This document shows positions 1 through 13,294 of a stretch of 64,000 bases of DNA, piece by piece. The position numbers and the translations under genes were made by a program. Below the pieces are notes generated by a model, which ran no database searches, was not told the origin of the DNA, and saw only the letters and a program-made list of their open reading frames with translations. Location: positions 2,542,001-2,606,000 of the forward strand of contig OZ176052.1 of NCBI GenBank assembly GCA_964247055.1, read 5' to 3'. Numbering within the stretch: position 1 is the stretch's first letter; each line of letters opens with the position of its first letter. This DNA is from Paragordius varius (Eukaryota; Animalia; Nematomorpha).

Positions 1-1085
1 GTTTATTATTATTAATATATATTTTTTCAATATATAAATAGCCTAACATTATATAGTTAGGGTTTCTTTGAAATTTCAGCTCAAAAGATGGCGTTTTTCT
101 TTTAAATCACTCAAAATACAAAAAATTTTTTATGAAATTATATTAGAATATTTTTTTTAGTTAAACTCACTTTTTATTTTAGCATTTTTTGTCATTTGGT
201 TTATGAATGTTTAAAAAATATATACTGTTTTATTTTGGAATCTTACATGAGTGGTAATTTTTAAGCATATAATTTATGCAAAATAGGGTTTAAAAGTAGT
301 GGAATATCAACCAACAATCCTTACAAATCCCTGTAACAAGTCTTAAAACAAATTAAAATGTACGGATTGTTGTTTGTATTCCACTACTTTTAAATCCTAT
401 TTTGCATTAATTATAAACATTATAATTCTCACTCATGTAAGATTCCATAGTATAAATTTTTCATACACTTATATAATAGATGACAAAAAATGCAAAAATA
501 AAAAACAATATTTTTGGTTTTATTTTGATATGTAAGTTTATTTTACTGATAATAAATGTTAAGATTTTAATAGTTTAGCTATTAAATAATATATATAAAA
601 ATCTCTTCGCTATATAGAAAATATTATCAACTATTTCGGCATGTTAAGGATAAGTATGGCCTATACATATTAGAATATGGAAATGATCATCTGTTTAAGA
701 ATATTTAAAAGCAGTGGTTAATAACACTGTGTGCAAAAAAATTTTTCACATTTAACAAATTTTTTTTTATGAGATAGCTTATGATCAGCGTATTCATTTG
801 CCGTAAAAGTTTTCATTTGTTGACAACCTAGTTTTTAAATATTGAGAGAAAACCGAAATCGGGCAAATAGTGAAATTTAAGGATATTTAAGGATAATTCA
901 AAAAATAATGATAAATTTTGAGATATTATGGCTTATTATCATTTTAGGATATATTTTCAATATATAAATAGCCTAAAATCATATAGTTATGGTTTCTATA
1001 AAATATCAGCTCAAAAGATGGCGTTTTTCTTTTAACACTCTCAAAAGACAAAACATTTATGAAACTATATTAAAATAATTTTTTT
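1..1085. mobile_element. Fragments of foldback/MITE family R1: internal palindromic part (1 to ~720) plus a left-arm copy starting CACTGTGTGCAAAAAA at 725
   Basis: Blocks 1-130 and 940-1085 are near-identical to each other and to 38690-38830. Position 725 starts like the intact copy at 38499. Internal inverted repeat GGAATCTTACATGAGTG / CACTCATGTAAGATTCC. Confidence 0.75.
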
Positions 1086-1143
1086 AAATTGTTCGGTCCA
1101 AAAAAAGAGATTTAACTCAAATTTATATGATAAAATTTTTAAC

Positions 1144-3032
1144 ATTTGCTTTGTATTCGTAAGGAACTTTCGAATCCGTCAAAGTGTAAAGATCTTTTGG
1201 TAAATAAAAATCTATCATCCACCATCTCAAAGGGAACATCTTTGGCGTTGTATTCGCCTCGATATATAGCCACAAAACCGATTGCTGCATATATATCCCA
1301 ATACTTCTAACATAGTATATAAGCATTATTATAAATTAAGCAACACTTTATTATATTATTTTTATTATTATACTTTATATATGTATAATTAATGTAAACA
1401 TTGTATATGCCATAGGGAAGTGTGTTCCACAAACATACATCGTTTTCAATAACCAAGTAAATTTCTAAATGAACAGTTTATTTACATCAATTAATTAGAC
1501 TCGAGTTAAAAATAACTTATAAATTCTATACCCATTGAATTATGAAATGTCTTTGGTGGATTCTGAATTGCTAAAAATATATATATCAATTTAATTAGAA
1601 TTAAAATATACATTGATTATTTTTCAATGAATATTGCCAGATAGCTTATCAACAAAGGAAATTTGTATATTTGATTTTTCACTTAGCCAATAATAATTCT
1701 CTTTCCTGTCAGGCTTACAAAAAAAGTAATTTGATAAACATTCGTTACTTCAAAATTTCATTGAAGTGTCTACGCTTATAAATTTAAGATAAATATAAAT
1801 TTACTTTAAAATCCCCGAATTTGAAGGCGAATTAATCTTTAAGAAATGATAGAAATGGTTAGCAGCTTTTATACAGTTTCTCAGATATTTTAATTTTTTT
1901 ATACGGTACGCTTAAAAATATAGAAATTTAAATTAAGCAAAGTGTGCTTTTTTAAAATTTTGCATAAACTAATTGTTAATTGTTTATAACCTTAAGTTAA
2001 ATACAGTAAAAACTGACGTTATACGGACAAAACGTGAAAATTTAAAGATAAATACTTTTTTTTCTAAAAGACAACCATACTTTTTAAATCCAGATATATA
2101 TCATTATAACTCATTGTTAACGGCAAAGTGTGAAATAATACTAACAAAATCAATTCTATATTTTACAATTGTAACTAAGTAGCTTACATGGGAAACATTA
2201 AGGTTTTAAAAAAATATGGTTGTCTTTTTAAATATATTTTCACCTTTTTGTCCGTTATGAACTTCATCATTGTATTTAATACAATAGTAATTTAATTTAG
2301 TTAATTGCCATTCATCCAATCTAAAATATATAAATACTGCACAACCACAAAGCAGTTAGTTATAAAATGAACTCATGTAATCCAATAAATTATATTTTAA
2401 TTATATTCTTTTTGTGTCTTTCTTAATTATTTAACTTATATTCTAATTTTTATTAGACAATCTCAGCATTTTGCATTTTTAGAATATTAGCCCATTTTAT
2501 CAAATCTGGAGCTTTCAATAATAAAAGAATTGAAATTGGTTTATAGACTCTTATTTTTATGTTTATTAACTAGTGTTTAGTAATATCATAGTAATATTAT
2601 ATCGAAGAATATTATCAAATCATATTAACGATTTGGCATTTTTATATGGAGTAATACCATACAAGTAAAAAATTCGTAAATAACTCTCATGGCTTAAAAT
2701 TAAAAGAGAATCCTAAAACAATATTCCCAGAAAATGTTATGTTCAGGATCATTTTTATGATATCCGATTTATGACTTGTTTTAGAACTGATTATAACATT
2801 TAAAACAATTCATATTTTATGAAATACAAGCGCCACCTAAAAATATTGATAGAGATGTTTTAAATACGACATATTACGAATATACAGTTAAAGGAGTTTT
2901 AAATAATATGACGATGTTAAAACTTAATTTATAACCATGGCCTTCTTCCATTTTCAAACAAAATTTTCAACTAATACCAGCCTAAGTGATGAAAAATTAC
3001 TTTGCAATATATCGAACACAATTAACAAATGG

Positions 3033-3105
<73 letters not shown>

Positions 3106-6100
3106 CGAGAACATAGCTTTAATTTAGACCGAAACCACATGGAAACAAGTTTTTATGAATGTGGGAATTTCCAAAAAAAACCGCAGTTCTGGTTTCACTT
3201 TAAAAGAATGAGGTAAATATTAATTTTAAATGAATGGCGCATATCATTTTTAATTATATCAAGTTTACCGGGAGTATCACAGGTGGCCAAAACACAGTGG
3301 AAATCAATTATTTTTTTATGTAATGCATATGGGTCCAATAAGATCAAATTTTTAATAGTAAGATTCCGTAACCAGGATAATATAGCGGGTTTTCTCTTAT
3401 ATAGCTTTATTAGATTCCCGTATCTATAGTATTCAATTAGATATATATCTCCCTTGGGCGTTTCAACAATGCGCACCTTAAAATGTGAAAAATTGGTTAA
3501 TAAAACAACTTTTATTTAATATTTATTAAATATATCATATTTCATATAAATTATGCGAAAATAAGGGGTAAAGTATTTAAATATTTTATAAATATTTTAA
3601 AATACCGTTGAATTTTGTTTTGAAAAATGTACCTTGGTAATATTTTCCGGGAACAAACTTTCATACGCCATATAATTGTGGAAATAAAAACATTCATAAT
3701 TTAATTCATTGTTTGGACATAGGGCAAATAATTTGTCTTTGGGGTAAATGTCTACATAAAACTAGAAAACAATTTTTTTTATTAAAAAAAATCGTTCCAT
3801 ATGTTATTCATGATAAAATCTATCGCATCGTAACAAATTTAAACAAAACCTCTTGTATGCCCAGACTCTTTAATGCTTCCAAATCGGCAACCATTTTTTC
3901 TGGATAAGAAATCGTACAGATATTGAAGGTATGGTTAAAATTAATGTCACGTAGAGTGAAGTTTAAGGACGTTATCCCGAGATACTTATACCTACCACGG
4001 TAAGTGAATGTCAATTCATTATTATAATTTTCTAAATAAGCCAGGTATTGAAATGCATAGGTTGAACTAAACATAAAAATTAAATTGGTTTTATATGTGC
4101 ATTAAGGAATTGTAATCTATATATTTATAAAAATAAAAGATGCTGGCTTTGTAATCTGTTTCCGGAAAACCGAGTGACCCATTTCAATCCAAATGTCAAA
4201 ATATAAATGAATCCCTCGACAATAACTTCGTCCTTTTTTGAATTAGGTCCCCAGTTCGGGCCCACCCAGTGTAAAAAACGGGTCTTTTTGAAAAGACGAT
4301 GTCCACAAAAATAATGTCTTTGAGACAATTTTCCCGAAAACGTGTTATATTCGATTTCAAATATGATTTTATTTATTTTGGATTACGCCGAAAGTCGGCT
4401 CTCTATTTTAATTTAGGTTCTCTTTTTACCCCCTCCCCGTAAAATGCCATTTTTTTCAAAAAAATTAAGTCCACAAAAATAATTTTTTGAATCTATTTTT
4501 CGCTCAGGGTATTAGGCCGTAAAAATTTAATGAGTATTCCAGATATTCCCTGTTAAAAGGCACAAATTTTGCCTAACGCTTTTGCCTGCCCCTGGGTTAG
4601 GAGTTACCCGCCCAAAACTGCGCTCCTATATAGAAATAGGGTTGTTTTGGAGCAGAGTTTCAGAAAACCTACTAGGCCATACCAGTTTAATAGGTGCTTA
4701 AAATATTAACCGTACAAGGCAAAAATTTAGGTCTCACGTTTTTTTAAAATAGCCGTTAATTAGGCCCTTCATGCCCTGAAAAATGCGCCACAATAGAATG
4801 ATTTTTTAGTTTTGAGGCAATTTTTCCAAAAACTAATGAGAGCTGGAATCAATCATGATTCTAGGTATTCTCCGTATAAGGCAAAAATTTTAATCAAGCA
4901 CTTTTTTGAATCAGCCTTGGGTAGGGAGCTACCCGCCTAAAACTGCGCCACCATATTGAAAATGGTTTAGGAGTTAATTTTCTGATACTTATCAGACCAC
5001 ATTAATAGGGGCCTGAAATATTACCCGTAAAAAGACAAAAACATAAGTCGAGCGTTTTTAAATTAGCCATTAATAAGGCCTTTTACGCCGTAAAAATGTG
5101 CTATCATTGAAATAAATTTTAGTTTTGAAGCCATTCTAAAAACTATTTAAGAACATAAGGAATAAATGATTATTCCAGGTATTAACCGAATTAAGACAAA
5201 AATTTTAATCGAGCGTTTTTTTGTTTCGGCTCTGGTTAGGAGGGTACCCGCGTAAAACTGCGCCACCATAAGGATACACCTGGAATCAAATTTCAGAAAA
5301 CCTGTGAGTCTCATACATATGGAATCCATGATAATGCTAGATAAATAAAGGCAAAAATTTTGCCCAACGCTTTTTTTATATCTGCCCTGGGTTAGGAGCT
5401 GCCAACCAAAAATGGCGCCACTATATGCGTTGTTTTGGAAAAAATTTACAGAAAATTTATGAAGCCATATGAGCTCATTAAAAGTGAAATATGACCCGTA
5501 ACTATGTAAAAATTAAGGGTAGCCGCTTTTTATTAGCCGTTAATTTGAGGCATTCCTAAAAATGCACCATCATGTAACGATAATTTAGTGTTAAGGTATT
5601 TTTTCGAATAACCTATGAGACGATGGTATCGAAGATGATCCCAAATATTTGCCCTATAAAGGCAAAAAATTTAACTCAGTTTTTTATAGGTCTATGGGTA
5701 GGGGTCTACCGGTTTAAAACTGAGACGCCATACAAAAATGGCGTGGTTTTGGATTTAATTATTAAAAAACTTAAGAAGCCATACGAGTTCAGTTAAATAC
5801 ATTCTTCGGGATTTTGTATAATATCATTCTTTCCGTTAAAAGGGACCACAAATGATTTACTTTAAATATGCCTTGATCCCACCTGTATGAAAACAATATC
5901 AAAATAAAACTTTTAGTTATGATTTCGTAAAAAAAAATTTTAAAATAAATACGAATATTAACTTTAATAGGGGACAATTTAAAAATGGTCAATTTTGAGT
6001 CAATATTTGCCTATGCAACCATGAAAGAATAATTAAAGACTTTTTATTAAATATGTTTTTTGTAATATTGATTCTATTTATTGCAAATTATTAACAATAA

Positions 6101-6278
6101 CTATCTGTGACACTACGTCACAAAGCGTGACATGGCCAGCCAGTTAATATATAAATATGTTAAGAGATCACTTAAAATAAGATAAGAAAAATTTGTAAAT
6201 ACTTGTAGACATAAGATAAGTTGTAATGTTTTTTTGTTTGTAGAGCGCATAAATTAGTGGGATCATGGTATGAGCTAT
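1144..6278 (-). CDS. Paralogue A of an uncharacterised multi-exon gene family (partial). Exons 6278-6203, 4066-3850, 3761-3633, 3476-3269, 1570-1532, 1464-1374, 1306-1144. Exon 1 not found; last exon probably left of the window.
   Basis: All exons have AG/GT boundaries and compatible phases, giving one open frame (SSYHDPTNLCALQ...TYRGRYKYLG...FYVDIYPKDKLFALCP...VRIVETPKGDIYLIEYY...CLWNTL...YEYKAN). Exon lengths and phases match copies B, C and D. Confidence 0.85.
3036..3110. repeat. Compound (AT)n(GA)n microsatellite
   Basis: Directly visible, in an intron of paralogue A. Confidence 0.97.
4116..6143 (+). mobile_element. Non-autonomous Helitron (family R3) with an internal ~158-bp tandem array, in an intron of paralogue A
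   Basis: 5' A|TCTATATATTTATAAAA. 3' hairpin GTCAC-AAAGC-GTGAC followed by CCAG|T (CTAG in the sister copy at 16185). Inserted between A and T without a TSD. About 8 monomers starting AAGGCAAAAATTT. Homologous to 14940, 42771 and 56443. Confidence 0.8.
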
Positions 6279-6351
6279 CTAATAATAAATTTTAATTTAT
6301 ATTTTATTAAATCTGAGTTGTTTTAATAGACGTCTTATATAATAACTTTAA

Positions 6352-6885
6352 CACTTGGATACAACACATTCATTTTAGTCCTTGAATTCAAATTGAGGTA
6401 GTTGGATACCCCAGGCCTGTTAATTAAATTCTTTAAAAAATATGGAAGGAATCAAAACCATATTAAAATTTTGCACTCGTATAACATCAATAAACTGAAT
6501 TATATAAAAAGTTTTATTCAAAAATACTTGATATTACTTATTTGTAAAAGCGAAAGGCAAAAATTTAGTCAAGGTGACAGCTGTGCAATGGTAAAATTGA
6601 AAAATAATACAAAATAAACCGCTTTTTCTATTTCTATCAATGTTAGATGTAATTTATTACAAAATTAGCTTTATTACCGTTAAAATTAAATGAAGTCGAT
6701 ATTTTGCTAAAATTTTGTAAAATAAAAATGGCGTCGTTTTATTTAGATATGTTGGCATATTTATATAATTTTTATTAGGATAGAAGCATAAATTTAAATC
6801 AGGACCATTTCTTTCGGTAGTTTTTCAAAAATCATAAATTAAATTTAGTCTGGGGTAATTAGATACCCCAATTTGAATCGAAGTG
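6352..6885. mobile_element. TTAA-flanked MITE (family R5, piggyBac-type termini CACTT...AAGTG)
   Basis: TTAA|CACTTGG at the left and GAATCGAAGTG at the right. Reverse complement of 52241-52813, which has TTAA on both sides. Confidence 0.7.
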
Positions 6886-7204
6886 TTTTTTTTTATCACT
6901 ATTTATCTTTAAAATCTATATCATAAATTAATGAATTTTATTTTTAAATTAAAAATATTTATTTTTTTCGAATATATATCATATGATTACACTTTGCTTC
7001 CTACCCTACTGCCAACATTATCAAAAAGACAAATTAATACCACAAATCAGTAGCTTATTCGTTTACTCCAGAATAAGATAATAAAATATTTTTTATACTT
7101 ATATTTTAGTTTTTATACCTGCCAACATTAAAGACAAATTAATACCACATCGGTAGCTTATACGTTTACTCCAGAAAATTAAGTTAATATTTTTTTTAAA
7201 AAAT

Positions 7205-9077
7205 ATGAGTACAAAAAGAGGTTGTATATTCAGATGAATTAATGAAGAATTTTCCTTTATAAAAAAATCGAAGAATGAATCATTTGTTAAATGTTCTTTA
7301 TGCGAGTGGGAATTCACCCTACACATGGCTGCAAGCGTGATATTACAAAGCATATGGAAACAAAGATACATAAAAAATATTTAGATATGGCGGCATCATT
7401 TTACAAAATGAGCAATTTTCGATCGATAAACCGCTTTTGCAGAGGAAGAAAAGAATTTGGCACTAGCTGAAGGCGTTTTATCTTTTCACTCTATAGATCT
7501 ATAGATTGTACCTCACAGGTTATTCGTACCTTATTCAATAAAAATTTAAATGTGCCCGATGCAATATCCTTTCGCCACATACATTTTCTGAAATACAAAA
7601 AGATTTGCTGAATACTAATTTCATATCGCTATACCTGATGCATCAAATCACAGGGAAACAAATCTATTTCCCGCTTTTATAAGATATTTTGATCCAGAAA
7701 CCGGAGTATTAAAATTTTAGTTTTATTTCTCTGCTCTATGAAAATTCCGACATAATTTTTAGTTCAATAAAAAATATTCTAGAAAAAAATATTAAAAGAC
7801 AAAATCATCGCATAATTACGAACTTGTGGAAAATTAAGAAGGGGAACAAAAAATATTTTTCATAAATTACAGATAATCTTAATCAAAACATTATTGGCGT
7901 TGGGTGTGCAGCGCATATAATCCACAACGCTATTCAAACAGCTGCTGATTTGCTACCCCTAGATGTGGAAAATGTAGTTATTAAAATATATTTTTATTTT
8001 TATATACACGGTACGCGTTGAAACGCTTAATTAATTCTGTGAAAATGCAGAAGTTCAATATCAAAAAATGCTTTATTCTAAAACTCGTTGGTTAGCTCTT
8101 CTGCCAGTTGAATGAATTTTAAAAATGTATCCTTTAAAATCCTATTTTTTATCACAGGACAAATGTCCTCCAACTTTGAAAAGTTTTTTGAAAGTAATTC
8201 TTCAAAAATATGGTTAGAGTTTCTACATAATCAAGCCTCTCTCTTTCAAAATGTTATTAAATTGATAGAAGGTAACAAAATTTCGGCAATCGAAGTAGCC
8301 AATTAAGTTAGTAACAATGTCAAGAAAGGTTATAAAATAATTTTATACCATTAACCATCAGCAATATAATAAATAATTTAGAAAAGCAAGGCTTAATAAA
8401 TCGCCACGATATCCTGTACCATATATAAATGTTTTATCTGTAAAGATTATTTGGAAAACTATTGATCATTTTCATTAGATAACATTAAACCCAGTTTAAT
8501 TGGTGCGATGTTCAAAAATCATTTGATTACATCTGCATATAAATTACCAAAAAGTAATCTTTAATAAAATGATCTTTTTCTGAAGTATCATTGGTTAAAA
8601 AATAAGTTAATAATGAAAAACTTAAATTATGGACAACAGAAAAAAATACAGTCGAAAAAATTGGTTAGTAATATTTCATCATTTTGAAACAAACTATGTT
8701 TCATACAATAATATTTTAAAATTGTGGAATTGCACTATCTTTGGAACCAACGCTGCTACTGAGCGCGTTTTTTCCACAGTAAATCAGGTGTGGACAAAAT
8801 GGTGAAACTTAAAAGGCCATTTTATCTCTCAAATATAATTGGACAAATTTTTGTGAAGACTATACAATATTAAAAAAGGATGACAATCTGCTAAAACGCA
8901 TTCACTCAAATAACTATACCAAAGAATAAAATATTTTCTTATATTTTTAATGTATTTGTGTTAAAAATAAAAAAATATTACAAAAATTTTTGTATAAAAA
9001 TTTTTGGTTGTAACCCCCCATGTTCCCCCTTTCTCAGATTAGTCCCGCTTTTTCCTTCAAAAAATCTGGTCACCCTA
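7205..9077 (+). pseudogene. Decayed hAT-superfamily DNA transposon (transposase with frameshifts and stops, plus right TIR)
   Basis: Fragmentary translations: zinc-finger-like VKCSLCEWEF...DITKHMETKIHKK, GVGCAAHIIHNAIQTAADLLPLDVE (CxxH motif), SKTRWLALLP, GTNAATERVFSTVNQVWT (hAT dimerisation region). Ends in GGTCACCCTA, the reverse complement of the hAT terminus TAGGGTGACC. Left TIR not found. Confidence 0.88.
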
Positions 9078-9749
9078 TCTATAACATAAATATTACTCAG
9101 TCATCTGTTCTTCTCAAACTCTAACATGCAATGTCTTTAAAATAAAGGTCCTAAGTAACTATAATATTAACTCTTTACCGTTCATTTTTATATCTATCAA
9201 AATTTTTAAGCATTATAATGTTTGTGTTCAGTGTCTAATATAAGCTAAAAATTAATTTAACACTTTATGAACTTTTTTTGGGGTTAAACCCGAGGACTAT
9301 TTGAAATTTATATATCATAAAAGATATTTTTAGCATTGGATCAATACTCAACATATGCTTTCTTTAACCTAGGCGCATGATAAAAAATATTTTTTTTTTA
9401 AATGGAAATTTGTAAAAAACACCTTTTATACTTTACCGCATTTTCTTTAAATTTGTTTAAATCCGAATAAAATAGTCAAATAAATGTATATATGGTTGAA
9501 AAATAAATAATTAACTTTGGATAGCTTAATTTAAATAAAGGCTCTTCGTTTCCATCGTGTTTTGGAGTTATCTGAATTTAAGGTTCTAGAATTCAAAAAA
9601 AATAATTTTTTTATTTAATACTTAAAAAAGATTGTGATAATTAAATTTTAACCAAAACAACTTTCAAAAAGTATTTCTTTACTATTTTAAGCTCTGTAGT
9701 AAGTTACACCTAAACGTCAAGGCGAACAAAATATGAATTGCTCATGAGG

Positions 9750-11290
9750 TGTTTGTAACGTAATTTATAAAAATTTTATACTAACCACTGATTAACATGA
9801 ATAATATCCACTGTAATATGGTCGACATAAATGGTAATTAAATGTAAACGATTATTAATTGCAAGCGTTATCTAACTGATGATTGAGGTTAACATACTTC
9901 ATGGTTTTATAAAAAAAAAGACAAAATATTAACGAATTTTTAGCCAAAACAGCATTTTTTAATATATAAATTTTATAGCTATTAATATTAGTATATAAGC
10001 AAAATTACAAATATTTGCATGGAAGCTTGCCGTTCCTATAAGGCTTTAGCATGTAAACCATCCCCTTCAATAAAAACATTTTCCCAATCAATCTATTATT
10101 TTTTATGATAAACAGATAAAAATAACAATTTTTTGTCATTACAAGATACTAAAAAGGTTATTATTTTTTACAGCATAGTTAATTATTGCATTTTTTCATT
10201 AATTTAATATTGCGCAATCATTGAATGACTTATTTATGAAATGAATGTAATCCATTTTAACCCCGAATATAACCTCATTCTTAAACATGTCGATTTCCCT
10301 TTAAATCTTTCAAAATAGTCTTAAAACTTTGGTTATGTTCTGCTATAATAATTCAGCTCTATATAACATCGTTTACTCCTATTCTGCTTCTTACCCTTCA
10401 TATTTTTTAAAAATACACCATTTAAACTTAAATAGGTCTTTAAACACTTTAAGTTGATCTTTGAATATTTTAAGAGATAAGCAGATCATGTTCTTCGAAA
10501 CTTCTGTCATCAAACATTTTGATCATTAAATTTAATTTGCGTATAACACAATATTTGCTTGTTTTATCTATTTTTACCTAATATCCTTTATATCAGTATT
10601 TCCACATTTAAAAATGTTTGTATAATAATTTTGTTTGGATCTGATTTTTCCCAAATTTATAATATTATTAACTTATGAATATTATTAACAAAATATTGCA
10701 ATTACTAACCCAGAAAAAATTTAATTCTTTGGATACGCGTTAATACCTTATTACATAATAATTTTTAAGAATGGTATTTATTTAAATTAAATAATATGAT
10801 AGATGAATGTAACGTGGTTTGAATAAAATAAATTAACAAATAATAATTATGAGGGATTTGATAGAAATGTTCAAGGACTAACTTTAAAAGTTTAAGGACA
10901 CTCTTGAAGCGTTTAAGGACCAACTAAGAGTGTTGTTGAAAATCTTGTTAGAAAATTACCCTACATACATAGGGGAACAGAAAGTTAAAAAATGCCAACA
11001 AATATAAATTTCAATTATAAGTTTGCTCGCCTTTAAAAGATTCAAAGGAATATTCAACATGTTCATTTTATAGGAAACGGAGTTTGAATACGAGGTAAAA
11101 GCCATTATTATAATTTCACAACTAAGACTCATTCATTAATTGCGCAATATTAAATTAACAAAAATAAAATCAATAATAATATTGTGCTCTCAATTATCAC
11201 CTTTATGCTTATATTGATATAATTGGTTATTTTGATATCTTGTTTTTAAAACCGATTTTATTGATTGGGAAAATATTTTTATTGAATAAA
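9750..11290. mobile_element. Foldback-like element (family R7) with inverted arms 10065-10240 / 11125-11290 and an R4-related palindrome between them
   Basis: The arms are reverse complements (TTTTCCCAATCAAT and AATATTGCGCAAT..GAATGA). The 9780-9830 block recurs at 27360 and 46280. Confidence 0.55.
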
Positions 11291-11575
11291 AAATTTGTTG
11301 ACTCGGAAATCCGATTGTTTGGAGAATTGTTTCGGACTGGACAAACGTTTTGTTGGATAGAGAAAATATTTTGATTTACTAGAAAAATGTTTTTTCAGAC
11401 TGGGAAATTATATACTCTAAAGCCCTATTGAAGGCGTGTATGAATAAATATAAATGTTTTTAGAGTTAATTTCCAGTTTATTTTCAAATTTTCAGTTTAT
11501 TCATAATTGTCCATTAAATTTAATTTAGATTCGTATAACCAACTGCATTTATAACAAAAATCCCAAGTCAAGTTG

Positions 11576-11621
11576 TTTCGTACTGATGAGTGCTAACAAG
11601 CACGAAACTATATTGACGAAA
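11576..11621 (+). ncRNA. Minimal type I hammerhead-ribozyme-like motif (degenerate helix III), of the kind found in Penelope-like elements
   Basis: CTGATGA core 11583-11589; helix II GTGCT/AGCAC with AACA loop; GAAA 11604-11607; helix I TTTCGT/ACGAAA. Confidence 0.6.
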
Positions 11622-12747
11622 GAATTTCACATATCGTTTATAATTTCTGATTAATTTTCTTAAATTTTCGATTATCATTATAATACGGATTTTACAACTG
11701 TTACTATAAATGTTTTATACTTATATCAAATTGATATTTAGAAAAGTTATACCTTAGAGTGATATAATATCGGCTCGACTTTTAAAATGTATTCAATAAT
11801 TATGTCACAAGAATTATTTGTGCTAAATTTGCAAAAACTATTTGAAATTTTTAAAAAAAATTTTTTCATGCATCCCGATCAATGTTATTTTACCCAAATT
11901 AGATTATGTTTATCCATCCTTATTATAACGCCATGAACGGAATATGATCAATATTTGAATACAGTAGAAAAAAGAACCGATGAAATAATAAATAGAGGCG
12001 GGACTCTTATAATGTGTGTATGTGTGGACTACCAACTGCGCAATTTTCCCATCATCACTGTTAGCCTTGGGGTTTTGAGAAATTTTCCACAAGCCCTGGT
12101 ACACAAGTCCTTAGCATAAAATTAAGGAAAAAGAGAGACTTTAAACTGTTTTAAATTTTATTTACAGTCATGCCTTTATTTTATCAAAAATTTATTTTTT
12201 TTTCGTTAAATGGGTACTATTGTATTAACATATCATATTTATCAAAAAACTATAAGAATTAGCATAGAGTTCTTGTTTTTTCCATTCTTTACCAAATATT
12301 TATACCCATTTAACGAAAAAAAAATTTTTAAATAAAATAAAGGATACATGACTGTAAATAGAGTAATGACTTAACTGAGATATGGCTAAAAAATAATATA
12401 CATATAATTATTTTAAAAATACCAAAAATCAACCAAAAAACGAACATGTAAATCACCCAAAATTTAAAACACTTAAACTTTCTTACCCATGAGCACAATA
12501 AAATTGTAGTTAATTTTATATTATATTTTAAAATGTTGGTGTTATACGTATGAAAATTATTTTTTGGTTCAGCAGTTAAAATAAATTTAAAAAAATGACT
12601 AAAACATTCTTAAAATTCATTTTTCTATCAGAACACACACAATATATTAAAAATATTAAAATTATTTAAAATTAAATATTTATAAAATTTCTTACAACTA
12701 TGCAATTATTGTGAAAACTTGATGCAAATCTCCAAAATATTTTAGTT

Positions 12748-13294
12748 CAGAGGTCGGCAACCTTTCCTGTGCGGCCCCTAATATAATGACCATAATATTT
12801 ATAATATGATTAAACATAAACCATGATGTACTGTCACTAACATCTGCATTATTACAAACCTATTTTACTATGAAGTTCCTAATTCATGAATGGGAGAGCT
12901 TGTTTAGTGAAGCTATTTCTCTATTTCGCTCTTCTGCATGCTCACATATTTGTTTTTCGTATAAACACATAACATATGCGCGGAATACGGGCCTACCTAG
13001 CAATAGCAGCGGGGAAACTTCTTAATGACAGCTGTGTCAGAATAATAAAATATTTTTTATGGTGATATGGCTTATTGAAATTATAATAACAGTGCCTAGA
13101 ACCGATCCCAAAAAAAGAACTAGAACCGGCTAATACTTAAATATGGAACAAGAATCGGCTCCTAAAACAGGAACCAGGTTTCGATTCGAAGGGATAAATA
13201 TGTATGAATTACTAATTAAATGGAATATGAATGTGCGGACAGCCGAAATTTATAAATTTTAAGAATGGCCCGCTGAAAAAATTGCCGACCCCTG
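12748..13294. mobile_element. hAT (Buster/Charlie-like) MITE
   Basis: TIRs CAGAGGTCGGCAA / TTGCCGACCCCTG; 8-bp TSD TTTTAGTT / TTTTAGTA with central TA. Confidence 0.85.

Noticed and set aside
3850-3900. DLEALKSLGIQE-FYVDIY resembles the beta-amylase LKALKAAGVDGVMVDVW motif; the family also superficially suggests an ionotropic-receptor N-terminus
   Set aside because: The similarity is confined to a short amphipathic motif; no other catalytic motifs, and no transmembrane or pore region before the stop.
4555-5815. Regularly spaced repeats suggesting a CRISPR-like array
   Set aside because: Whole monomers are homologous (no unique spacers), the context is eukaryotic, and there are no cas genes.
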